A stretch of DNA of 64,000 bases from Clostridia bacterium. Its GTDB lineage: Bacteria > Bacillota > Clostridia > UMGS1883 > UMGS1540. The notes beneath the pieces were generated by a model, which was not told where the DNA came from, searched no databases, and saw only the letters and a program-made list of their open reading frames with translations. The DNA lies in NCBI GenBank assembly GCA_017436645.1, contig JAFSCR010000025.1, positions 543 through 64,542 on the forward strand, read 5' to 3'. Positions 10,429-18,332 of this stretch are shown in pieces. How positions within the stretch are numbered: position 1 is the stretch's first letter; the number at the start of each line of letters is the position of its first letter. The position numbers and the translations under genes were made by a program.

Positions 10429-10843
10429 AAGAGGAATCACCGTCGGCGTTTTTGATCTTTTCCATGTGGGACATTTAAATCTCTTGGAAAGATGCAAGGA
10501 AATGTGCGATGAGCTTATCGTTGCAGTATGTGATGACGGGTACGTGCGGGATATCAAGCACAAAGAACCCGTTGTTTCCGAGGGGGACCGGGTTCGTCTT
10601 CTGAATGCGCTGAAGTGTGTGGACAGCGCTGTCCTTGTAAACTTTACGGAGACAGATGACAAAATGCTGCTTTGGGAAAAATTCGGGTTTGACGTCCTCT
10701 TTTCGGGGGATGACTGGAAAGGCTCCGAACGATATATTAAAACAGAAGCGGCTTTTTCGAAAATCGGTGTGTCCATTGAATACCTGCCGTATACGCAAGG
10801 TGTTTCCACCTCCGATTTAAAAGAAAAGATAAAGAACAATTAG
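10415..10843 (+). CDS. tagD: Glycerol-3-phosphate cytidylyltransferase family (TagD-like)
   Basis: GVFDLFHVGH (HxGH), GDDWKG and LPYTQGVSTS motifs. Start placed after a GGAG RBS. Confidence 0.85.
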   Translation: MKKYKRGITVGVFDLFHVGHLNLLERCKEMCDELIVAVCDDGYVRDIKHKEPVVSEGDRVRLLNALKCVDSAVLVNFTETDDKMLLWEKFGFDVLFSGDDWKGSERYIKTEAAFSKIGVSIEYLPYTQGVSTSDLKEKIKNN

Positions 10844-10854
10844 GGGGAGAAAAA

Positions 10855-11886
10855 ATGTTCAAAGATAAAACCTTACTGATTACAGGCGGCACCGGTTCCT
10901 TCGGCAATGCGGTACTCAATCGCTTTCTTGAAACAGACATCGGTGAAATCCGCATTTTCTCAAGAGATGAGAAAAAGCAGGATGATATGCGCCACGAGTA
11001 TCAGGCAAAATACCCTGCCCATGCAGGTAAAATCAAATTTTATCTTGGCGACGTCCGTGACCTTGCCGGCGTGAAAAACGCCATGCACGGCGTAGACTAT
11101 ATTTTCCACGCCGCCGCCTTAAAGCAGGTGCCTTCCTGTGAGTTTTTCCCCATTGAGGCGGTAAAGACCAACGTTCTCGGCACGGAAAATGTACTGACTG
11201 CCGCAATCGAGGCAGGCGTTAAAAAAGTCATTTGCCTTTCTACCGATAAGGCAGCCTACCCCGTAAACGCCATGGGCACCTCCAAGGCCATGATGGAAAA
11301 GGTGGCGGTGGCAAAAGCGAGAACGGTTTCTCCCGAGAAAACAGAAATCTGCTGCACAAGATACGGTAACGTTATGTGCTCCCGTGGCTCCGTCATTCCC
11401 CTTTGGATTGACCAGATCAGAAAGGGCGAGGCCATTACCGTCACAGAGCCGACCATGACCCGCTTTATCATGAGCCTTGAAGAAGCCGTTGACCTCGTCC
11501 TCTTTGCTTTCGAAAACGGGCAAAGCGGTGACATTCTCGTACAGAAAGCCCCTGCCTGCACCATTAAAACACAGGCCGAAGCCGTTTGCGAGCTGTTCGG
11601 CGGAAACAAGGAAGCGATTAAAATCATCGGTATCCGCCACGGCGAAAAAATGTACGAAACCCTTCTTACAAACGAAGAGTGTGCAGGCGCCATTGATATG
11701 GGCGATTTCTACCGTGTCCCTGCCGACAGACGTGACCTTAACTACGATAAATATTTTAAAGACGGCAACACGGAAAGAACGGCCCTTTCGGAATTCAATT
11801 CCAATAACACAAAACTTCTCTCGGCAGAGGAAGTCAAAGAAAGACTCCTTGCCCTTCAATATATCAGGGAAGAACTTAATAAATAA
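10855..11886 (+). CDS. fnlA: UDP-GlcNAc 4,6-dehydratase/5-epimerase (CapE/WbjB/FnlA)
   Basis: ITGGTGSFG, FSRDEKKQ, HAAALKQVPSCEFFP, LSTDKA, RYGNV-x2-SRGSV and GIRHGEK motifs. Confidence 0.92.
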   Translation: MFKDKTLLITGGTGSFGNAVLNRFLETDIGEIRIFSRDEKKQDDMRHEYQAKYPAHAGKIKFYLGDVRDLAGVKNAMHGVDYIFHAAALKQVPSCEFFPIEAVKTNVLGTENVLTAAIEAGVKKVICLSTDKAAYPVNAMGTSKAMMEKVAVAKARTVSPEKTEICCTRYGNVMCSRGSVIPLWIDQIRKGEAITVTEPTMTRFIMSLEEAVDLVLFAFENGQSGDILVQKAPACTIKTQAEAVCELFGGNKEAIKIIGIRHGEKMYETLLTNEECAGAIDMGDFYRVPADRRDLNYDKYFKDGNTERTALSEFNSNNTKLLSAEEVKERLLALQYIREELNK

Positions 11887-11895
11887 GAGGTTTTC

Positions 11896-13029
11896 ATGGA
11901 CATCATTCAGTTTATATTCCTGGCTGTGCGCCGTGCACTTTTCGGGGAAGACATGCTTCCCGAAAAAATGCCCGACCTTAAAAAGGTCTATGCGGCGGCA
12001 CAAAAGCGTGGCATTGAAAATATAGTTGCATATGGGCTCTGGGACAGGCGTGATAGCTTTCCCGAGGATGTGTGGTCGCTTTTTGAAAAAAGCATTTACC
12101 GTGCCATGGCGCAGGAGGCACGGCAGGAAAAGGCGCTTGCCGCCTTTTTGGAAGTGCTCGGCCATGGCGGCACCCCCCATATGATTTTAAAAGGATACGT
12201 ACTCAAAAAACTGTATCCTTCTTCTGACATGCGCTATATGGGTGACATTGACATTTTGATTCCTCCCGAAAAAAAGGAAACGGCACGGGAAATCCTGCAC
12301 CAAATGGGTTTTCGTATCAATTTTGAAAACATGCGGGAACTCAATGCCGTAAACGATGCGGGCGTGGATTTGGAAATCCACTTTGATATGGTTTCCCCCG
12401 ATTATAAAGTGTGGCACGCCTATTACGAGGATATTTGGGAGAGGGCCATCAAAGGCGAAAGGGGGGCCTACTTCCTTTCGGATGAGGATTACTTTATTTA
12501 CCATATTGTGCATCTTACAAAACACTATAAAGGTACGGGCATCGGCCCGAGAGTGTTTCTCGATGTGTTTTTGTATCTTTCAAAAAAGCGGAATACCCTT
12601 GATTTTGCCTATCTGGAAGCAGAACTCGGGAAGCTGGGCCTTTGGGGCTTTACGAAAAACGTAATCGCCCTTTCCGAAATGTGGTTTGGGGAAGGCGAGA
12701 GAACGCCCCTTCTTTCTGACATGGAAGCATACGTTCTCGAAAGCGACCTTTACGGAAGCCGTGCCCATGCCGCCGCCTTTGGTGCGTTAGATACAATCCG
12801 GAAGGGAAAACTTAAAAGAATCTTTCGGATTCTGTTTCCCACCATGCACACCATGTCCATTTTGTACCCTGCCTTAAGAAACAAGAAATATTTACTTTGG
12901 TATTATTATATAAAGCGCCTATTTGACCGTGCTTTCCATGGCCGCCGCAGTGCCGTGCCCGAGAAGAATGCGGAAACGGCAAAAAAAGCGGCAGAAATTG
13001 CCGCACATTTTGAGGCTCTCGGCCTCTAA
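11896..13029 (+). CDS. Nucleotidyltransferase family protein (NTP_transf_5-like)
   Basis: ILKG-x2-L-x3-YP, R-x-MGDIDIL and LEIH motifs. Confidence 0.8.
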   Translation: MDIIQFIFLAVRRALFGEDMLPEKMPDLKKVYAAAQKRGIENIVAYGLWDRRDSFPEDVWSLFEKSIYRAMAQEARQEKALAAFLEVLGHGGTPHMILKGYVLKKLYPSSDMRYMGDIDILIPPEKKETAREILHQMGFRINFENMRELNAVNDAGVDLEIHFDMVSPDYKVWHAYYEDIWERAIKGERGAYFLSDEDYFIYHIVHLTKHYKGTGIGPRVFLDVFLYLSKKRNTLDFAYLEAELGKLGLWGFTKNVIALSEMWFGEGERTPLLSDMEAYVLESDLYGSRAHAAAFGALDTIRKGKLKRIFRILFPTMHTMSILYPALRNKKYLLWYYYIKRLFDRAFHGRRSAVPEKNAETAKKAAEIAAHFEALGL

Positions 13030-13041
13030 GGAGGAAACTTT

Positions 13042-14181
13042 ATGCAAATTCTCGTAACCGGCGCCGCCGGATTTCTGGGGAAAAATCTGGTGTATGCCCT
13101 TGAAAACATTCGGGATGGCAAGGATAAAACACGGGGCATTTCGCCGGACATTACCATCCTTCCCTTTGATTTGGACACGCCCCCTGAAGTACTTAACGAA
13201 TACTGCCAAAAGGCGGACTTTGTTTATAACCTTGCAGGCATTAACCGCCCCGAAAAGGAAGAGGATTTTATGGAAGGGAACTTCTCTTTTGGCGAAACCC
13301 TTCTGAAAACCCTTGAAAAACACGGGAACAAGTGCCCTGTTATGCTTTCCTCGTCGATTCAGGCCACCCTTGATAACCCGTACGGCCGCTCGAAAAAGGC
13401 AGGAGAAGATTTGTTCTTTTCTTACGCCGCACGCACCGGCGCCAAGGCGTATGTATTTCGTTTCCCCAATCTTTTCGGCAAGTGGTGCCGCCCAAACTAT
13501 AACAGCGCCGTGGCAACCTTTTGTCATAACATGGCAAGAGACCTGCCCATTACGGTCAATGACCGAAGCCATAAAATGCACCTTGCCTATATTGACGATG
13601 TGGTGGATGCACTCCTCGGCCTTTTGGAAGGGAAAGCGGAATATGACGGGGACTATTGCATCGTCCCCACCACCTATCATACAACCCTCGGCGAAATTGT
13701 AGAGATTATTGAAGCCTGCAAAGAATGCCGAAAGTCGCTTTACGTTCCCAACATGCAAGGGTTATCCATGAAGCTTTATGCAACGTACCTTTCTTATATC
13801 CCCCCGGAGAAAATGGCCTACCCCCTCACAAAACATACGGACGACAGAGGGAGCTTTACGGAAATTATCCGTACTTTGGAGCGTGGCCAGTTCAGCGTAA
13901 ACGTTTCAAAACCGGGCATCACAAAGGGCAACCATTGGCACCATACGAAAAACGAAAAGTTTATGGTGGTTAGCGGAAAGGGCGTTATCCGCCTTCGGAA
14001 AATCGGTGAAGAAAAGGTGCATGAATTCTTTGTTTCCGGCGAGAAACATGAAATTGTGGACATTCTTCCCGGCTACACCCATAACATTGAAAATGTAGGG
14101 GAGGGTGACCTTGTCACCTTCATGTGGGCAAACGAATGCTTTGACCCCACTCGCCCCGATACGTTCTTTGAGGAGGTATAA
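13042..14181 (+). CDS. fnlB: UDP-2-acetamido-2,6-dideoxy-hexulose reductase with C-terminal cupin (CapF/WbjC/FnlB)
   Basis: VTGAAGFLG, YGRSK, FGKWCRPNYNS and KGNHWHHTK-x-EKF motifs. Confidence 0.92.
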   Translation: MQILVTGAAGFLGKNLVYALENIRDGKDKTRGISPDITILPFDLDTPPEVLNEYCQKADFVYNLAGINRPEKEEDFMEGNFSFGETLLKTLEKHGNKCPVMLSSSIQATLDNPYGRSKKAGEDLFFSYAARTGAKAYVFRFPNLFGKWCRPNYNSAVATFCHNMARDLPITVNDRSHKMHLAYIDDVVDALLGLLEGKAEYDGDYCIVPTTYHTTLGEIVEIIEACKECRKSLYVPNMQGLSMKLYATYLSYIPPEKMAYPLTKHTDDRGSFTEIIRTLERGQFSVNVSKPGITKGNHWHHTKNEKFMVVSGKGVIRLRKIGEEKVHEFFVSGEKHEIVDILPGYTHNIENVGEGDLVTFMWANECFDPTRPDTFFEEV

Positions 14182-14182
14182 C

Positions 14183-15328
14183 ATGACGAAACTGAAACTT
14201 ATGACCATTATCGGCACAAGACCGGAAATCATCCGTCTTTCGGCAACGATAAAGGCCTGCGACAAATATTTTGACCAGATCCTAGTGCATACAGGGCAAA
14301 ATTATGACTACACTTTAAATCAGGTCTTCTTTGATGACTTAGGCCTTCGTGCGCCGGACCATTATTTGAATGCTGTCGGCAATTCTCTCGGCGAGACCAT
14401 CGGCAACATTATTGCAAAGAGCTATGACCTGATGGCAGAAGTAAAGCCGGATGCCCTTCTTGTACTTGGCGACACAAATTCCTGCCTTTCCGTTATCGGT
14501 GCCAAAAGACTCCACATTCCCATTTTCCATATGGAAGCCGGCAACCGCTGCTTTGACGAATGCCTCCCCGAGGAAACAAACCGCCGCATTGTGGATGTGA
14601 CGGCAGATGTAAACCTTTGCTACTCCGAACACGCCAGAAGATACTTAAACGCTGCAGGTGTGCCACGGGAAAGAACGTATGTCACAGGCTCTCCCATGGC
14701 GGAAGTGCTCCATGCAAATCTGGAGAAAATCAAAAAGAGCGATATTCTCTCCCGCCTCGGCCTCAAAAAGCAAAAATATATTCTCCTCTCTGCCCACAGA
14801 GAAGAGAATATTGATACGGAAAAGAATTTCCTAAGTCTTATGAACGCCGTCAACGCCATGGCGGAAAAATACGATATGCCCATTTTGTACTCCTGCCACC
14901 CCAGAAGCAAAAAGTTTATTGAAAAACGTGGCTTTACCTTTGATAAACGTGTCATCTGTCACGAGCCCCTCGGCTTCCACGATTATAATAACCTCCAGAT
15001 GAACGCCTTCTGTGTGGTAAGCGACAGCGGCACCCTTCCCGAAGAATCCAGCTTCTTCCTTTCTGTCGGGAATCCCTTCCCCGCAGTTTGCATCCGCACT
15101 TCTACCGAGCGCCCCGAGGCCATGGACAGCGGCAACTTTATCTTAGCCGGCATTACTAACGATGAAGTCCTCGGTGCCGTGGACACTGCCGTTTCCATGC
15201 AGGCAAACGGTGATTTCGGTAAACCCTGCGAAATGTATACCGACGAAAACGTTTCCATAAAGGTTGTAAAGTTTATTCAAAGCTATACCGGTATCGTGAA
15301 TAAAATGGTTTGGCGGAAAGAGAGCTAA
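14183..15328 (+). CDS. fnlC: UDP-N-acetylhexosamine 2-epimerase, non-hydrolysing (CapG/WbjD/FnlC)
   Basis: GTRPEIIRL, HTGQNYD, LGDTNS, HMEAGNR, SDSGT and TERPE motifs; ATG 14183 after GGAGG. Confidence 0.92.
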   Translation: MTKLKLMTIIGTRPEIIRLSATIKACDKYFDQILVHTGQNYDYTLNQVFFDDLGLRAPDHYLNAVGNSLGETIGNIIAKSYDLMAEVKPDALLVLGDTNSCLSVIGAKRLHIPIFHMEAGNRCFDECLPEETNRRIVDVTADVNLCYSEHARRYLNAAGVPRERTYVTGSPMAEVLHANLEKIKKSDILSRLGLKKQKYILLSAHREENIDTEKNFLSLMNAVNAMAEKYDMPILYSCHPRSKKFIEKRGFTFDKRVICHEPLGFHDYNNLQMNAFCVVSDSGTLPEESSFFLSVGNPFPAVCIRTSTERPEAMDSGNFILAGITNDEVLGAVDTAVSMQANGDFGKPCEMYTDENVSIKVVKFIQSYTGIVNKMVWRKES

Positions 15329-15335
15329 AAATTAC

Positions 15336-15365
15336 TTGACAAATCCGGCTAAATAATGGTATACT
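15336..15365 (+). promoter_or_regulatory. SigA-type promoter for tRNA-Ala
   Basis: TTGACA-18 nt-TATACT with a TG extended -10, 18 nt upstream of the tRNA. Confidence 0.75.
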
Positions 15366-15382
15366 GGATTTCGTCAAGATTC

Positions 15383-15458
15383 GGGCTTGTAGCTCAGCTG
15401 GGAGAGCGCTGCGTTCGCAACGCAGAGGTCGAGGGTTCGATCCCCTTCAGGTCCACCA
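15383..15458 (+). tRNA. tRNA-Ala (anticodon CGC)
   Basis: 76-nt cloverleaf; anticodon arm CTGCG-TTCGCAA-CGCAG; G3:U70 alanine identity pair; GGTTCGATCC T arm; encoded CCA. Confidence 0.97.
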
Positions 15459-15698
15459 CGTCGGGGCAAAGTACGCTTTGCTCCGTTTTTCTTTGCAGAA
15501 AAACATCCGCCTGCTTCCTTGCCCCTCCTTCTCCCCAAAAAGCCGATGGCTTTTCGGGGACCCCGGAAGTCCTAATGAAGAAAGCTCGAATATTAAAGCA
15601 TTTGCTCCACCAAAAAAGACATTTTTCATTGTGGAAAAATGTCTTTTTTTCATCTTTGCAAAGCAAATATATCGCGCGAGCGAAAGCGAGCATATCGC

Positions 15699-15727
15699 AA
15701 AAAAAGCACTCATTCGAGTGCTTTTTT
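15699..15727. terminator. Bidirectional intrinsic terminator
   Basis: AAAAAAAGCACTC-ATTC-GAGTGCTTTTT between convergent units. Confidence 0.75.
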
Positions 15728-15733
15728 ATCTTG

Positions 15734-16984
15734 TTACTTTCTTACATCCCAAAGCCCAAGCGCAGGATTACTGATATAGTAAATTTCCTCACCGTCGGGA
15801 AGCGTATTGAAGCCATCCTTTAAAACTTCGGGATTATACTTTGCTGCAGCTTCCTTATAGGGCATGTAATTAAAGGCTACGCCTCTGACTTCTTCTTCCG
15901 TCACCTGTTCTGTGCAGTAGGTAATGGAGAAGCGGCCATCGGAAGAACCGTGAATAAGATGCGCTGCAACGGAAAGGTTTTCCTGCAGGTCGCGGTTTTC
16001 ATCAACAAGCTTTAAGACGTTTTCACGGCCTACATAACCGTACTTGCGGATGAGGCGGTCATTTTCCTCGTCCTCACCGAACATGCGGATGCCGGGGGCG
16101 AGAACAATGAGCTCACCGCCGTCAGCGATTGCCATACGGGTACGGTAAACCGACTTATTGCCAAGCCAGGTGGACTTAAATTCTCTCGGGTCAAGGTATA
16201 CAACAACCTTCTTAAGCGGTGCATCCACATAGGTAAAGTTCGTGTTTTGGCTCTTTGCAACTGCCTTTTCAAAGTAAGAACGTTCAGAGCCGATGTAAAG
16301 ACCGTGGATAAACACTTCGTCTGCCACGTTTGTGGTAACGGTCAGAACAAACAGAAGGGGAACATTGGAAAGGAAGTTTTCCTGTGCGTAGTCAAATACC
16401 TTGCGGACAGGAGAGAAGTCCTTACCCATAATGCGTTCCATGCCGTAGAAAGCGCCCAGCATGTGAGAAGAGTTAATCATGCTGTTGCCGCCGCAGCCAA
16501 CGAAGATATTCTTCGAGTAGTTTGCCATACCCACAACTTCGTGGGGAACAACCTGACCGATAGAAATAATAAGGTCATAGCTGGGATCGAGAAGGCGACG
16601 GTTGACTTCAACGTCAACCTTATTATTTACAAGACCTTCCGACACCTCGGAAACAAATTCCGCCGGCACTTCGCCGATTTTTTCAACGTCCGTTTTCCAG
16701 TTATGCACAATCATTCTGTCAAAGGGAACGTCAGGACCGAAAAATGCAACCCATTCTTCCTCCGTCATGGGCACGTGGGTGCCGAGGGCGGGGAGAATGT
16801 CAATTTCGCACTTGTCCTTTAAAATTTCATAGTAAATACGGGTGATGTCCCCTGCGCCGGAGTACATACGGGTATAATCCGGGGGAATCAGCAGTACTTT
16901 TTTAAGATTTTTGCCTTCGATGGATTTTTCCAGTGCTGCACGAAGCTCGCTCTGGGAAAGTCCCTTTTCACTTTCGAAAACCAT
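15734..16984 (-). CDS. LarA-superfamily (DUF2088) nickel-pincer racemase/epimerase, probably a sugar-acid 2-epimerase
   Basis: PDYTR, ALGTH, VPHEVVGMANYSK, SSH and LGNK match the LarA active-site motifs; co-transcribed with a mannonate oxidoreductase-like SDR. Confidence 0.85.
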   Translation of the reverse strand: MVFESEKGLSQSELRAALEKSIEGKNLKKVLLIPPDYTRMYSGAGDITRIYYEILKDKCEIDILPALGTHVPMTEEEWVAFFGPDVPFDRMIVHNWKTDVEKIGEVPAEFVSEVSEGLVNNKVDVEVNRRLLDPSYDLIISIGQVVPHEVVGMANYSKNIFVGCGGNSMINSSHMLGAFYGMERIMGKDFSPVRKVFDYAQENFLSNVPLLFVLTVTTNVADEVFIHGLYIGSERSYFEKAVAKSQNTNFTYVDAPLKKVVVYLDPREFKSTWLGNKSVYRTRMAIADGGELIVLAPGIRMFGEDEENDRLIRKYGYVGRENVLKLVDENRDLQENLSVAAHLIHGSSDGRFSITYCTEQVTEEEVRGVAFNYMPYKEAAAKYNPEVLKDGFNTLPDGEEIYYISNPALGLWDVRK

Positions 16985-17007
16985 AGCACTTTTCTCCTTA
17001 TTATATA

Positions 17008-17859
17008 TTAGACGCCGGAGTATGCAGCAAAACCACCGTCAACGGGAACAACAACGCCGTTTACAAAGCCGGAAGCGCCGTTGTCACAAAGCCAGAGAAG
17101 TGTGCCGAGGAGTTCTTCTGCTTCGCCGAAACGGTCCATGGGTGTCTGGGAAAGAATCTTCTTGGAGCGGTCGGTGTAAGAGCCGTCTTCCTTTAAAAGA
17201 AGTGCACGGTTCTGGTTTGTTACGAAGAAACCGGGTGCAATGGCGTTTACACGGATGCCGACTTTAGAGAAGTGAACGGCGAGCCACTGGGTAAAGTTCG
17301 AGATAGCGGCTTTTGCGCCGGAGTATGCAGGAATCTTTGTGAGGGGGCAGAAAGCGTTCATGGAAGAAACGTTTACGATAATGGAGTTTCTTTCAATCAT
17401 GTCTTTTGCAAAAACCTGTGTGGGAAGAAGTGTGCCGAGGAAGTTGAGGTTAAATACGAATTCAACGCCCTTGGGGTCGAGGTTGAAGAAAGTTTTGATT
17501 TCTTCATTGTCAACATCTTCGGGGAAGAGGTATTCCTTATCGGTGGTGCCTCTGGGGTTGTTGCCGCCTGCACCGTTTAAGAGAATGTCACACTTGCCGA
17601 AGGCTTTGAGGACTTCTTCACGTGCGGCTTCGATGCTTTCTTTCTGCAGAACGTTTGTTTCAATGCCGATGGCCTTGCCGCCTTCTGCACAGATTTTTGC
17701 GGCAACTTCTTTTGCCTTTTCGCCGTTGAGGTCGAGAAGGGCGACGGATGCGCCGTTTGCGGCAAGTGCTTCTGCAAACATGCTGCAAAGAACGCCTGCA
17801 GCGCCTGTTACAACTGCAACTTTGCCTTTGAGATCAATGGAAAGGGGTGTTTTCATCAT
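17008..17859 (-). CDS. uxuB: SDR family D-mannonate oxidoreductase (fructuronate reductase)
   Basis: VTGAAGVLC, NGAGGNNP, SSMNA-x2-PLTKIPAYSGAK and PVDGGFAAYSGV are typical of the Firmicutes UxuB SDR. Confidence 0.82.
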   Translation of the reverse strand: MMKTPLSIDLKGKVAVVTGAAGVLCSMFAEALAANGASVALLDLNGEKAKEVAAKICAEGGKAIGIETNVLQKESIEAAREEVLKAFGKCDILLNGAGGNNPRGTTDKEYLFPEDVDNEEIKTFFNLDPKGVEFVFNLNFLGTLLPTQVFAKDMIERNSIIVNVSSMNAFCPLTKIPAYSGAKAAISNFTQWLAVHFSKVGIRVNAIAPGFFVTNQNRALLLKEDGSYTDRSKKILSQTPMDRFGEAEELLGTLLWLCDNGASGFVNGVVVPVDGGFAAYSGV

Positions 17860-18055
17860 GGGACTGGCCTCCTAATAATTTAATTTTCCTTATTATAGCA
17901 AAAAGATGCGAAAAAGTCAAGAGCTTATACGGAAAAGCCGCTTTTCCTGTCCGGAACCGAAATACAGGAAAACACATATATTATATAAATAAGGAAGAAA
18001 TCCGTCCGGATATGCGGAAAAATAGCAAAATCCATAGAAAAAAAGATAAAAAACC

Positions 18056-18084
18056 TTGACAAAAAGAGAAAAAAGTCGTATACT
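18056..18084 (+). promoter_or_regulatory. SigA-type promoter P1 of the S-layer gene
   Basis: TTGACA-17-TATACT. Confidence 0.75.
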
Positions 18085-18185
18085 TACCATTAGGATTGTC
18101 TGCCTTGGATACGGGCAGAGGGGTACCCTTATGTGACAATGATTTTCACACAAGTTTACATTTGTGTTACAAGTGAGAAAATCGC

Positions 18186-18214
18186 TTGACGAATGTTTTT
18201 TGGGGTGCTATAAT
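18186..18214 (+). promoter_or_regulatory. SigA-type promoter P2 of the S-layer gene
   Basis: TTGACG-17-TATAAT with a TG extension. Confidence 0.75.
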
Positions 18215-18332
18215 CAGTCCTGTAAGGGAAATACTCCGTATTTTCCATGCACAGTCGCAGTTGAAAGAGATGCGACGGTGCACGTCGCAAAATCTCTTTC
18301 AGAATAAAAATTTTTTTAGGAGGAATTGAGAC

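Noticed and set aside
9859-13758. Long minus-strand ORFs (326, 353 and 279 aa)
   Set aside because: Antisense shadows of motif-bearing plus-strand genes with no recognisable motifs of their own.
15356-15823. ORFs overlapping tRNA-Ala
   Set aside because: They are translations of the tRNA and its hairpin trailer.
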